The position numbers and the translations under genes were made by a program. From Squalus acanthias (lineage: Eukaryota), in NCBI GenBank assembly GCA_030390025.1, contig CM059431.1, positions 153,886,001 to 153,950,000 on the forward strand: a stretch of 64,000 nucleotides of DNA, written 5' to 3'. Positions 37,290 through 50,972 of this stretch are shown one piece after another (within the stretch, counting starts at the first letter, position 1; the number at the start of each line of letters is the position of its first letter). Below the pieces are notes generated by a model. It was not told the origin of the DNA, searched no databases, and saw only the letters and a program-made list of their open reading frames with translations.

Positions 37290-38405
37290 ACTTCCAGAAG
37301 GCATTTGATAAATTCCCACATAAGAGACTGTTAACTAAAGTAGAAGCCCACGTAATTGAGGACAAATTATTGACCTGGTCAGGAAATTAGCTGACCGGCA
37401 GAAGACACGCAGTAGGAATAATAGGTAGGTACACACATTGGCAGGAGGTGGCTAGTGGTACTGCGCAGCCTGAACTATTCACAGTTTTTATTAACAGTTA
37501 GATGATTGCATAGAATGTCATTTATACAAATTTGGCGATGACACTTCGTAGGCAGTGCAGATGAAAGCATAAAATTACAAATGTATATCGACTGATTAAA
37601 TGTCTGGGTAAAGCTGTGGCAAATCAATTTCAATGCTCGCAAATATGAGCTCATCCACTTTGGACCTAAACAGGACAGAACAGAGCACTTTCTAAATGGT
37701 GAAAAACTAAAAACAGTGGATGTCCACAGAGTCTTAGGGGTCCAGGTACATCGATTATTAAAATGTCATGAACAGGTAAAGAAAATAATCAAAAAGACGA
37801 ATGGAATGCTGACCTTTACATGTAGAGGACTATAGTACAAGGGGTTTAGAAGTTATGCTGCAGCTATACAAAACGCTGGTTAGACCACACCTGGAGTGCT
37901 GTGAGAAGTTCTGGGCACCACAACTCAGGAAGGATATATTGGCCTTGGAGGGAGTGCAGCGTAGGTTTACCAGAATGATACCCGGTCTCCAAGGGTTAAG
38001 TTGCGAGGAGAGAGTACACAAATTAAGGTGGTATTCCCCAGAATTTAGAAGGTTAAGGGGTGATCTGATCGAAGTTTTCAAGATATTAAGGGGAACAAAC
38101 GCGGTAGATAGAGAGAAACTATTTCCGCTGGTTGGGGATTCTTGGACTAGGGGGGCATACTGTAAAAATAGAGCCAGATGTTTCTGGAGTGAATTTAGGA
38201 AACACTTCTACACACAAAGGCTGGTAGAAGTTTGGAACTCTCTTCCGCAAAAGACAAGTGATGCTACATCAATTGTTAATTTAAAGTTTGAGATTGATAG
38301 CGTTTAATAATGCCAATATATTAAGTGATATGGGCAGAAGGCGAGTATATGAATTCGGAGCAGGGTCGAGGTGTTCAATGGCTTAGTCCTGATCCAATGT
38401 TTCTA
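37290..38405 (+). mobile_element. CR1 3' fragment
   Basis: ORF 37855-38307 (LQLYKTLVRPHLECC..RRFTRMIPG). Confidence 0.88.
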
Positions 38406-38409
38406 AGAG

Positions 38410-39120
38410 GTTTGTCTCTGTGCCAATTCGCGCGTGGCTCAGGTAAAAATTAGCTTTTTAATTTGTACCCTAGCTCCTCCAACTTTCTCAGCAGAACTTC
38501 ATCTCTAATTCTACCTGTTTCGCTGGTTCCGATTTAAAACATTACAATTGGAACCTCCCCATCCTGCTCCAAATTCTTATCCAGTCGCGAGGAGATGTCC
38601 TTCATCCTGGCACCGGGCAAACAACAGAGCCTTCTGGACTGCTGGTCATGGCTGCAGAGAGCAGGATCGCTCCCGTGAATTCTACAAGCACCTACAACTA
38701 CCACATTGATTTTCGCTCCCTCCCCCTGCACTGTAAGACCTCCTGTACCACGATACAGTGGTCAATTTGCCCATCTTGCTGTTCAATATTTAATCTCATC
38801 CACACCGGTACCTGTTTGACCAGGACAAAAGCTCAGGCTCCTTCACCACTGCATCTGAGGTCCCCTTACCTGTCTGACTCGCAAGTACATCCTCCTGTAA
38901 GGTCTACTAACCAAATGTGAACCACTACCTAAACTAAGGGCTGTGGCTTTCTATTGGGTCTAAGTGCCATCTCCCCCTGCCTGGCACATCACAATTTCTG
39001 CACCTCAGACTCCAGCTCAACAACTCGAAACCGACGTTTCTCGAGTGACAGAATCTTACTGCAGATGTGGTGGTCCAAGTTCACGCTTCCCGCCACAAAA
39101 TCGCACATGCTGCAGATAAA
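38410..39120 (-). mobile_element. Old CR1 ORF1 remnant
   Basis: ORF 38534-38731 (SRRLCCLPGARMKDISSRL). Confidence 0.7.
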
Positions 39121-39284
39121 AAGGGCAAGCAGCATACTATAGACAGATCTAAGTGATGCTAAACCAATGTATCACATCATATCTCTGTAGCCCTGCAGCA
39201 TTCAATTGTGAATGGTGGTGGATATGTAAACAACTTACGGGAGGAGGAGGCTTCGGCAACTTGCCCATCCTAAATGATGGCGGA

Positions 39285-39805
39285 CGGTAGCATGGTGGTT
39301 ACGTTACTGGACTAGCAATTCAGAGGCCTGGACTATTGATGATCCAGAGTATAGGTAGTTCATATCCCAACAGGGAAGCAGTGGAATGTTAATGCAGTTA
39401 ATTTAACAAATCTGGAATTAAAAAGCTAGTATCAGTAATGGTGACCAAGAAACTACCGGTTTGTCGTAACAACCCACCTGGCTCACTAATGTCCTTTATG
39501 GAAGGTAATCTGCCATCTGGCCAATATGTGATTCGAGAAAGAGAACAAGAGGTAACGTTTCGTCCGAGATGGAACACGTTAGAAATATAATAGGTTTTAA
39601 ACAAGTACAGAGGCAGGGAAAGGTTTATCCTGAAAAGCCCCTCCTCCCCCCCACTGACATTTGGGGACTTGCGCCAAAATTAGGAGAGCTGTCCCACAGA
39701 CTAGTCAAGCAAGAACCCTGTCATAATCATAATCACAGAATCATACCTTTCAGGCAACGCCCCAGATACATCCAGCACGATCCCTGGGTATGTCCTGTCC
39801 CACCG
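39285..39805 (+). mobile_element. tRNA-derived head followed by the start of the L2-like ORF, with a short Penelope-like remnant between them
   Basis: Head CGGTAGCATGGTGGTTACGTTACTGGACTAG.. homologous to 27530; ORF 39569-39832 contains TDIWGLAPKLGELSHRLVKQ (APE N-terminus-like). Confidence 0.7.
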
Positions 39806-42690
39806 CTAGTACCTCCTCCCTCTCAATACTAATTTGTTCAAGTATATCACAATCCCCCTGCCTGAATTCTATGCCTACACCGTCCTTCTCCATAGTGAAC
39901 ACAGATGCAGAATAAGCATTTAAAACCTCACCTACAATTTCCGGCTCTATGCACATATTGCCACTTTGGTCCCTCAAAGGCCATTCCCTTTCCCTGGTTA
40001 TCCTCTTGCCCTTAATATACTTATACAACACTTTGGGATTTTACTTTATTTTGCCCACCAGTGTTTTTTCATGCCCCCTATTCGATCTCATAATTTCTAT
40101 TTTAAGTACCCCCCTGCACTTTCTATACTCCTCTAGGGCTTCCACTGTTTTTAGTCCATTGTATCTGCCAAAAGCCTACCTTCTTTTCTTGATCCATTCT
40201 TGTATATCCCTTGACATCCAGGGTTCCCTGGGTTTGTTGTTCCTCCCTTGACCTTTACGGGAACATGTTGGAGTTGTACTCTCTCTTTTTTCTTTCTGAA
40301 AGACTCCCACTGCTCTGATGAGGCTTTACCGAAAAGTAGCTGATCCCAGTCCACTTTGGCCAGATCCTGCCTTATCATATTAAAATCGGCCTTCCCCTAA
40401 ATTTAGAAACTTTATTTCTGGTCCATCTTTGTCCTTTCCCATGTCTACCTTATATCTCAACGAATTATGGTCACTGTTACCAAAATGCTCTCCTACTGAC
40501 ACTTCTACCACTTGCCCGGTTACATTCACTAGAATTAGGTCCCCCTCTCTTGTAGGACTTTCTACATGCTGGCTCAAAAAGCTCTCCTGGATGCACTTTA
40601 AGAATTCCGCACCTTCTAAGCAGTTCACACTCTGACTATCCCAGTTAATATTTTGGGGAATTTTAAATCCCCTACTATTATTACCATATTATCTCTACAC
40701 TTCTCTGATATGTTCCTACATATATGTTCCTCTATCTCCCCCTGACTGTTTGAGTCATATAGTATACTCGCAGGAAAGTGCTTGCCCCCATTTTGTTTTT
40801 AAGTTCGACCCATATATCCTCATTAGAGGAACCAGCTAAGATATCATCCTTCCTTACAGCAGTAATTGAATCCATGATTAATATTGCGATACCTTCTCCT
40901 CTTTTACACCCCCCGTCTGTCTCGCCTGAAGATTCTATACACCGAAATATTGAGCTGCAAGTCCTGCCCCTCCCTCAACCATGTCTCTGTGATAGCAACA
41001 ATATCATACTCCATGTGTTCATCAACACCTTCAATTCATCTCCCATACTCACAAGACTCCATGCATTAAAATAGATGCCATCCAGCCTTGCGATACTACC
41101 TTGTTCCGTTACATATTTGCTCTGCCTTCCAGGCTGACTGTTTTTTCCTCTATATTTGCTTGTGCATCACTCACTACTATAGCTCCACTCCTTATCCCAT
41201 CCTCCTGCCAAGTCAGTTTAACCACCCCCCAAATTACTAGCAAATGATCTCGCAAGGATGTTGGTCCAGTTCCGGTTCAATGCAACGCGTCCGACTTGTA
41301 CAGGTCCCACCTTCCCCAGAAGCAGACCCAGTGATTCAGGAAACTAAAGCCCTCCCTCCTTCACCAACTCTTTAGCCATGCATTTCTCTGCTCTATCCTC
41401 CTATTCCTATACTCACTAGCACGTGGCACCGGGAGTGAACCAGAGATTACAAACTTTGAGATCCTGCTTTTTAATCTGCTACCTAGCTCCCTAAATTATT
41501 GTTGCAGGACCTCATCCCTCTTTCTACCAATGTCGTTGGTACCAATGTGAACCACGACCTATCACTGTTCCTCCTCCCCCTTCAGAATGCCGTGCAGCCA
41601 TTCAGTGACATCCTTGACCCTGGCACCAGGGAGGCAACATACCATCCTGGAGTCGAGTTGTGGCCATAGAAACGTCTATCTGTTCCCCTTACGATAGAAT
41701 CCCCTATCAATATTGCTTTCCCACTCTTTTTCCTCCCCTCCTGTGCAGCTGAGCCACTCGTAGTTCCACGGACTTGGCTCCTGCTGCATTCCCCAGAGAA
41801 ACCATCTCCCCCAGCAGAATCCAAAATTGAAAATGTGTCGGAAAGGGAGTTGGACCCAGGGGACTCCTGCACTACCTTCCTAGGTATTTTACTTTGTCTG
41901 GCGTTCACCGATTTTCTGTCTGCCTGTGCACTCTTTACCTGCGATGTGACCACCTCGTTAAACGTGCTATCTATGAAGATCTCAGCTTCGCGGATGCTCC
42001 ACAGTGACTCCAGCCGCAGCTCCAGCTTCGAAACGCGGATTTCGAGTAGCAGCAGCTGGAGACACTTCCTGCAGAAATGTTCGCCCTGAACACCTAAATT
42101 GTCCCTGCCTTCCCACATAGCACAGGAGGAGGACTCCACGGTGCTGAGCTGCCTTGCCATGTGCTACCCTTAATTTACTCACTTTACCTCCTTTAAATTA
42201 AAGAATATTAAATACACTAGGGACCTTACTTCCCTTTAAACACTACTTACTCTAAACTAGAGACATTACTTTCACTTTAACGACTGGACTGTAGAAATAC
42301 TCACCAGGTCCTACTAACCAATCAGCTCTTTCCCTGGTTGTGACGTCACTTTTGTAGTTTCGAAGTTGTTGTAAGAACCACTTCGTAAAGGGTAAAAAGT
42401 TAGGAAAAACTAAGTCTAAGCAAGGGAGCACCTCCTTCCACTCCTCACCTAACTCCCTGAGTCACCCAACTCACAGCACTCTGATTAAACCGCAGTTAGT
42501 GCAGCCTCGAACATCAAAGCCTGTTTTTATAGGTCCTGAAACAAAGGAGACTTGCTGAGCCCAGCTACAGGAGAACCAGTTTAATCTTTTTTCCCTAATT
42601 AACTGCCTTCAGCTGCTCTGAAAAGTAGACCTTGTATATCCCTTTATATATAACCTTGCTTAAAGCTGGGACATTTAGATTTTAAACAGT
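39806..42690 (-). mobile_element. CR1 LINE 5' half (5' UTR, ORF1, endonuclease)
   Basis: ORF1 41582-42160 (Cys-rich N-terminus, coiled coil, IGDSIVRGTDR); APE fragments 40380-40628, 40151-40378, 39750-40031. Confidence 0.9.
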
Positions 42691-42704
42691 AAACAGTAAC
42701 AGTA

Positions 42705-44622
42705 AATAGGACAGCCCTCTCAATCCCAGGGATCAACCTACTGAACCTTTGTTGCACCGCCTCCTTGGCAAGTGTATCCTTCTTCAGATAAAGAGACCAA
42801 AACTGTGCACAGCACTCCAGGTGTGGTCTCACCAAAGCCCTGTATAATGGTAGTAAGACTTCCTTATTGTTATACACCAACCCCCTTCCAATAAAGGCAA
42901 ACATACCATTTGCCTTCCTAATTCTGAGCTTGCCTGCATGCTAACTGTTTGCGCATCCTGTACGATGACACCTAATTCGCACTGAACACAAACATTTAAT
43001 AGTTTCTCACCATTTAAAAAATATTCTGTTTTTCTATTCTTCCTAAAAAAGTGAATAACCTCCCACTTCCACACATTATACTTCAACTGCAAACTTATTG
43101 CCCATTCGCATAACCTGGCTCTATCCCTTTGCAGGCTCTTTGTGTCCAGCTCACAGCTTGCTTTCCCATCTAGCTTTGTATCGTCAGAAAATTTGGATTC
43201 GTTGCACTTAGTCCCTTCATCTCAGTCATTGATATAGATTGTAAATAGCTGAGGCCCAAGCAACGATCCTTGCGGCACCCTGTAAACCAGAAATTTGACC
43301 CGTTTAACCTTACTCTATTTTCTGTCCGTTAACAAATCCTCTATCCATGCTAATATATTACCCAAACCACATGAGCCCTTATGTTGCACAGCGCCCCTTT
43401 ATGCGACACTTTATCAAAAGTCTTTTGGAAATCAGAATATACTACATTCACTGGTTCCCCTGAATCTACCCTGCTAGTTACATCGTCAAATTACTCTAAT
43501 AAAATTGTCAAACACAATTTCCCTTTCATAAAGCGATGTTGACTTTGCATGATCATATGATGATTTTTTAATTGCCCAATTACCACTGCATTAATAATGG
43601 ATTCCAAAATTTTCCCGGCTACTGATCTCAGGCTTACTGGCCTCTGTTCCGTATTTTAACACTCCCTCCTTTCATGAAGAGCAAGGTTGCATTTGCTAAC
43701 TTCCAATCCGTTGGGAGCGTTCCAGAAGCTAGGGAATATTGGAAGATCATGGAGTCATAGAGACATAACGGCACAGAAAGAGGTAATTTTGCTCTAGGAG
43801 TCCGCGCCGGCTCTCTGTAGAGCAATCCAGTCAGTTCCATTCCCCCGCTCTATCCCGGTAGCCCTGTAAGTTTATTTCCCTCCAGTCTCCCCTTGAAAAC
43901 ATTGAGTGGCTCTGCTTCCACCACTTCCGTCCACAGCGAATCTCAAATCATCACCACCCGCTGTGTAAACAAGATTTTCCTCAAAACCCCACTGTATATC
44001 TTGCCCAAAACCTTAAATCTGTGCCCCTAAGTCCTTGTACCATGAATTAGTAGGAGCAGCCTTCCAGCCTCTAGCCGATACAAACGCGTCATAATCTTGT
44101 ACACCTCTATCAAGTCACCCCTCAACCTCCTTTGCTCTAATGAAAACAAATCCTGCTTCTCCAACCTGGCCTTGCAGCTAAGATCTCCCTTCTCCAGAAC
44201 CATTCTGGTAAATCTCCTCTGCACCCCATCTCAAGGGCCGTACACATCCTTCCTAAAGTGTGGTGACCAGAAATGAACGCAATACTCCAGTAGTATCCTA
44301 ATCAGCACTTTATAAAGTTTCAGCATAAATTCTCTACTACTTTACTCAATACCTCTATTTATGAAGCCCAAAATCACCTGTCCTTTGTTAACCACTCTCT
44401 CAATATATCCTGCCACCTTCAGGGACCTATGTACGTTAACTCCCAGGTCCCTCTGTCCATGCACACTCTTTAAAACTGTGCCATTAAGTGTATATTGCCT
44501 CTAGCTGTTCCTTCTGCCAAATGCATCACCTCACACTTCCCTGTATTTAAATCCCATCTGCCACTTGTCTGCCCTTTCTGCTAGCCTGTCAATGTCCTGT
44601 TGCAGTCGACTGGTATCATCAT
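42705..44622 (-). mobile_element. Two adjacent degraded CR1 fragments
   Basis: ORFs 42644-42904, 42829-43092, 43634-43840, 44027-44224; a separate 3' tail near 43750. Confidence 0.85.
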
Positions 44623-44623
44623 C

Positions 44624-46678
44624 ACATAGAAACATAGAAACATAGAAAATAGGTACAGGAGTAGACCATTCGGTCCTTCGAGCCTGCACCACCATTCAAT
44701 GCGTTCATGGCTGAACATGCTACCTCAGTACCCCATTCCTGCTTTCTCGCCATACCCCTTGATCCCCTTAGTTGTGAGTGTTATATCTAACTCCCTTTTG
44801 AATATATTTAGCGAACTGGCCTCAACAACCTTCTGTGGAAGAGAATTCCATAGATTCACCACTCTCTGGGTGAAGAAGTTCCTCCTCAGCTCAGTCCTAA
44901 ATGGCTTCCCCTTAATCCTTAGACTGTGACCCCTGGTTCTAGTTTTCCCTACCATTGGGAGCATTCTGCCCGCATCTAATTTGTCTAAACCAGTCAGGAT
45001 TTTAAATGTCTCTATAAGATCCCCCCTCATTCTTCTGAACTCCAGAGGATACAAGTTCAGTTGACCCAATCTTTCTTGATATGTCAATCCGGCCATCCCA
45101 GGAATCAATCTAGTGAACCTTCGCTGCACTCCCTCAATAGCAAGAATGTCCTTCCTCAAGTTAGGAGACCAAAACTGCGCACAATACTCCAGGTGTGGCC
45201 TCACCAAGGCCCTGTATAACTGTAGCATCACCTCCCTACTCCTGTACTCAAATCCCCTTGCTATGAAGGCCATCATTACGTTTGCTTTCTTGACTGCCTG
45301 CTGCACTTGCATTCCCACCTTCAGTGACTGATGTACCATGACGCCCAGGTCTCGTTGCACGTCCCCTTTCCCTAATCTGCCACCATTCAGGTAATAGTCC
45401 GCCTCTCTATTTTTACCACCAAAGTGGATAACCTCACATTTATCCACATTGTACTTCATCTGCCATACATTTGCCCATTCACCCAACCTGTCCAAGTCAC
45501 TCTGTAGCCTCCTAGCATCCTCCTCATTGTTCACACTGCCTCCCAATTTAGTGTCATCCGCAAATTTGGAGATATTACATTTAATCCCTTCGTCCAAATC
45601 ATTAATATATAATGTAAACAGCTGGGGTCCCAGCACCGAACCCTGCGGTACCCCGCTGGTCACTGCCTGCCATTCTGAAAAGTACCCATTTACTCCTACT
45701 CTTTGTTTCCTGTGTGCCAACCAGTTCTCAATCCACGTCAACACATTACCCCCAATCCCATGTGCTTTAACTTTGCTCACCAATCTCTTGTGTGGGACCT
45801 TGTCGAAGGCCTTCTGAAAGTCCAAATACACCACATCTACTGGTTCCCCCCTGTCCACCCTATTGGAAACATCCTCAAAAAATTCCAGAAGATTTGTCAA
45901 GCATGATTTCCCTTTCACAAATCCATGCTGACTTGGACCTATCATGTCGCCACTTTCCAAATGGTCTGTTATGACATCTTTAATAATTGCTTCCATCATT
46001 TTACCCACGACCGATGTCAGGCTGACCGGTCTATAATTCCCTGCTTTCTCCCTCCCTCCTTTTTAAAAAAGAGGGGTTACATTGGCCACCCTCCACTCCA
46101 TCGGAACTGATCCAGAGTCTAAGGAATGTTGGAAAATGATCGTCAATGCATCCACTATTTCCAAGGCCACCTCCTTAAGTACTCTGGGATGCAGACCATC
46201 AGGCCCCGGGGATTTTTCAGCCTTCAGTCCCATCAATTTCCCCAATACCTTTTCCCGACTAATAAGGATTTCCCTCAGCTCCTCCCTCTTACCAGATCCT
46301 CTGACCCCTTTTATTTCCGGCAGGTTGTGTGTGTCCTCCACAGTAAACACCGAACCAAAGTACTTGTTCAATTGATCAGCCATTTCCTTGTTCCCCATTA
46401 CGACTTCCCCTGTTTCCGACTGCAGGGGACCTACGTTTGTTTTCACTAACCTCTTTCTTTTTACATATTTATAGAAGCTTTTGCAGTCCATTTTAATGTT
46501 CTCTGCAAGCTTCCTTTCATATTTTATTTTCCCTGCCCTAATCAAACCCTTCGTCCTCCTCTGCTGAGTTTTGAAGTTCTCCCAGTCCCCGGGTTTGCTG
46601 CTACTTCTGACCAATTTGTATGCAACTTCCTTGGTTTTAATACTATCCCTGATTTCCCTTGTTAGCCATGGTTTGCCA
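44624..46678 (-). mobile_element. Young CR1, 5'-truncated, RT intact apart from one frameshift
   Basis: ORFs 46063-46614 and 44725-46008 (427 aa, FADD); (CATAGAAA)n tail. Confidence 0.96.
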
Positions 46679-46765
46679 CACTCCCAAGTTTGGTGTAATC
46701 TGCAAGTTTAGAAATTCTACTTTGTTTTCCAACAACCAGGTCATTTACATATATATATATATATA

Positions 46766-46806
<41 letters not shown>

Positions 46807-48930
46807 ATATATATAGCAGTGGCCCTCGCACTGACCCTTGGAGAACACCACTGTCTACCATCCTCCGATCTTAAGAAACAGCCATTTACCACAACTCGCT
46901 GTTTTCTGTCTTTAAGCCAATTCCTTATCCAAGCTGCCACTGCCCAACCTATCCCATGAGCCTCAATTTTGTTAACCAACCTTCTATGCGGTACTTTGTC
47001 AAAAGCATTCCGAGAATCCATGTAGACAACACCCATTGCATTCCCTTCATCAATCCTCTCTGCTACTTCATCAAAAAAATCATTTACAAATCCGTGTTGC
47101 CTCTCCTTAATTAGATCAAACCTCTCCAAGTACCCGTAAAATGTTTCCTTGATTATTGTTTCTAATACTTTTACACACCACTGATGCTAAACTGACCGGT
47201 CTGTAGTTACCAGGTTGTCCTTAAACCCTTCATTGAACAATACTGTAACATTTGCCACTTTCCAATCCTCAGGCACATCCCCGCATCTAGGGCAGATTGG
47301 AAAATTATGGCAAGCACATCCGCCGCCTCCTCCCCAATTCTCCGAGTAACCTGGGATGCAAGCCAACTGGACCAGGCGACTGATCCACTCGAAGCATATC
47401 CAGCCTTTCGAGTACATCCTCCCTATCAATTTTCACCCTTCTATTGGTTGTAACTATTTCTCTTCTACCGATATGTTGTCAGCATACAAATCCTTAGTAA
47501 ACACCGATACAAAGTGCTCATTGAGTATTCTTGCCTCTAAGCATATATCATTTTCTTTGTCTGTAGTAGGCCCCACCCTGCCATTTACTATCCACTAACT
47601 GTTTACATGCCAGATGAAGATTTTTGGTTTCCCTGTTATGTTTAACCGCCATTCTACTCTCATATTCTCTCTTTGCCAATCGTATTTTCATTTTCACATA
47701 CCCTCTCAACATATTGTATTTGGTCTGGTACTCCCTTGAAGAATTCCCCTGACATTCATCATACACCCTCTTTTTTGTTTCATCATCTTCTCTATCTCCA
47801 TCGTCATCCAATGAGCCCTTGGTTTGGTTCCCTTACCCTTCCCTCTTGTTGGAATGTACCACGCAGGTACCTGGAACATCTACATAGAACATAGAACAGT
47901 ACACCACAGTACAGGCCCTTCGGCTCTCGATGTTGTGCCGAGCATTGTCCGAGACCAAGATCAAGCTATCACACTCCCTATAACTCTGGTGTGCTCCATG
48001 TGCTTATCCAATAACCGCTTGAAAGTTCCTAAAGTGTCCGACTCCACTATCACAGCAGGCAGTCCATTCCACACCCCAACCACTCTCTGAGTAAAGAATC
48101 TACCTCGGACATCCCTTCCATATCTCCCCCCATGCACCTTATAGTTATGCCCCCTACTTAAAGATCACACATTATTCCGTTACTGTTTTTTGTCAGTCTT
48201 TGATTCCATTTTACCCTTGCTAGATCCGTTTGCATCCCATTGAAGTTAGCCCTATTCAAATTTAGAAGTTCTATACTAGATTATCCCTTGCTCCTTTCCA
48301 TTGCTAATCTAAATCTTATGATACGATGATCACTCGTGCCCAAGTGTTCTCCCACAAAAAATTGGTCAAACTGGCCCACCTCATTCCCCAGCATCAGATC
48401 CAGCAATGTCTCATTCCTAGTTGGGCCAAGAACATATGGGTCAGGTAAATCCTTCTGAATACATTTCAGAAATTCCACCCCCTCCTTTCCCTTTAACCTA
48501 GAATTATCCCAATCGCTTTATGTGTAATTAAAGTCCCCCAATATCACCACCCTATAGCTCTTACATATCTCTGCGATTCCCCTGCAGATTTGCTCCTCTA
48601 CCTCCATTTCTCTATTTGGAGGCCGATAGAATACCCGCAATAGCTGATCATACTCTTTTTGCTCTTCAACTGTAGCAAAATGGATTATGTCCTTCTCCCC
48701 TCAAGAACATCCTCCCTTTCCAAAACTGCAATGTCTTCCTTAATCAGCACTGCCACCCCACCTCCCTTTTTTCCTTCCCTATCTTTTCTGAACACTTTCT
48801 ACCCTTCCACAACATCATATTGCCACACGGCTAATTGTGCTTGTTGCTCACCAAATTTATTCACCACAGTTTTTGCGTTTACGCACATGCATTCTAAACC
48901 CATTTTTGAATTTTTCGTAGTAATTCTTTG
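46679..48930 (-). mobile_element. Old CR1 (endonuclease to RT) with a nested HER1-like 3' end at about 47876-48157
   Basis: ORFs 48281-48478, 47548-47811, 47187-47429, 46767-47129; the insert matches the 3' end of the 7395-9627 element in reverse. Confidence 0.85.
46749..46815. repeat. (AT)n microsatellite
   Basis: About 33 AT units with two CT interruptions. Confidence 0.97.
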
Positions 48931-48944
48931 TCTGCTCCGAACAA

Positions 48945-50178
48945 ATATGGAAAGAGAAAGAGAAAAAGATTAGTGAAATCAAGTGTAGCTCCCTTGCAGT
49001 CAGAAGCGGGGGAAGTTATAATGGGGAAGAAAATAAATGACAGTCCAATTAAATGCATATTTTGTTCCTGTCTTCACAAAGGAGGACACAAATAACCTCC
49101 CAGAGATGTTGGAGAACATACGGTCTGATGAAAGGGAGGAACTGAAAGAAATCAGTATTTGCTGGGAAATGGTGTTATGGAAATTGACGGGATTGAAGGC
49201 CGATAAATCCCCAGGGCCTGATAATCTACATCCTAGGGTACTTAAGGAAGTGGCCCTAGAAACAGTAGATGCATTGCTGATCATCTTCCAACATTTGATG
49301 GAATCTGGGACTGTACCCATGGATTGGAGGGTAGCTAATATTACCCCACTATTCAAAAAGGGTGGTAGAGAGAAAGCGGGGAATTACAGATCGGTAAGCC
49401 TGACATCGGTAGTGGGGAAAATGCTAGAGTCCATTATAAAGGATGTAATAGCTGAGCACTTGGAAAACAGTGACTGGATCGGACAAAGTCAACATGGATT
49501 TACAAAAGGTAATTCGTGCTTGACTAATCTACTGGAATTTTTTGAGGATGTAACTGGGAAAATAGATAAGGGAGAACCAGTAGATGTGGTGTATTTGGAC
49601 TTTCAAAAGGCTTTCGATAAGGTCCCGCATAAGAGATTAGCGTGTAAAGTTAAGGCACATGGGATTGGGGGCAAGGTATTGACTAGGATAGAGAACTGGT
49701 TGGCGGGCAGAAAGCAGAGAGTAGGAATTAATGGTTTTTTTTCCGAGTGGCAGGCACTGACTAGTGGGGTACCACAGGGATCGGTCCTTGGACCCCAGCT
49801 ATTCACAATATATATTAATGATCTAGATAAGGGAATTAAATGTAATATCTCCAAGTTTGCAGATGACACAAAGCTGGGTGGGAGTGTGTGCTGCGAGGAG
49901 GATACTGAGAAACTCCAGGATGATTTGGACAGGTTGGGTGAGTGGGCAGAAGCGTGGCAGATGCAATAAAACGTGGATAAATGCGAGGTTATCCACTTTG
50001 GTGTCAAAAACAGAAAGGCAGACTATTACCTGAATGGCAATAGATTGGGAGAAGGGGAAGTGCAACGAGACCTGGGTGTCCTTGTGCACCAGTCGCTGAA
50101 AGTAAGCATGCAGGTGCAGCAGGTGGTGAAGAAGGCAAATGATATGTTGGCCTTCATAGCGAAAGGGTTTGAGTATAA
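48945..50178 (+). mobile_element. CR1 internal fragment, same subfamily as 1-1824 and 60481-62254
   Basis: ORF 49037-49969 (310 aa RT); sequence from 48960 closely matches window position 1 onward. Confidence 0.94.
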
Positions 50179-50179
50179 G

Positions 50180-50597
50180 TGGTATATCTGTTTGAGAGGG
50201 GGTGGCCACAGGGGACCCTTGCACTACCTGCCTGCACCTCTTACCCTGCCTGGTGGTCACCCATTCACTTCCTGCCTGTATACCCTTTACCTGCGGTGTG
50301 ACCAACTCGCTAAACGTGCTATCCACGACGTTCTCAGAATCGCAAGTTCTCCAATATGCATCCATCCACAGCTCCAGCGCCGCAATGCGGTCTATCAGTA
50401 GCTGCAGCTGGATACACTTCCCACACACATGGTCGTCAGGGACACAGGAAGCGTCCCTCATTTCCCACATATAGCAGGAGGAGCATATCACGGGGCGGAG
50501 CTCTCCTGCCATGACTTACCCTTTAATTTATTAATTTAAATTAAATTAAATGAATCCCACCAATTTCTTTAATTAAATGATATACTGAAGGGCCCTT
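50180..50597 (-). mobile_element. CR1 5' fragment: ORF1 N-terminus and 5' UTR
   Basis: ATG at 50512, MAGELRPVICSSCYMWE..HVCGKCIQLQLL, homologous to ORF1 at 42160. Confidence 0.88.
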
Positions 50598-50972
50598 TCC
50601 CGACACTGGCCTCTGTAAAAACCCACGAAAGTGAGTTTAACCACTCACTGTGCTGCTGCTCTCTCCGCTCCCGACACTGGCCTCTGCAAAAAAGTCCACG
50701 GAAGTCAGTTTAACTACTCAGTGTGCTGCTACTCTCTCCGCTCCCGTATCTGGCCTGTGTAAAAAAGCCGCGAAAGTGAGTTTAAATACTCACTGTCCTT
50801 CTGCTCTCTCCGCTCCCGACACTGGCCCCTGTAAAAAAAAACGCGAATGTGAGTTTAACTACTCACTGTGCTGCTGCTCTCTGCGCTCCCGACACTGGCC
50901 TCTGGAAAAATGCCCACGGAAGTGAGTTTAACTACTCACTGTTCTGCTGCTCTCTCCGCTCCCGACTCTGGC
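50598..50972. repeat. ~72-bp tandem array (5 units plus a partial) with an internal hairpin
   Basis: TCCCGACACTGGC recurs near 50598, 50669, 50742, 50814, 50887, 50960; unit carries AGTGAGT-TTAACT-ACTCACT. Confidence 0.93.

Noticed and set aside
50598..50972. CRISPR-like array of hairpin repeats
   Set aside because: Entire 72-bp units are repeated with no unique spacers; no cas genes; eukaryotic context.
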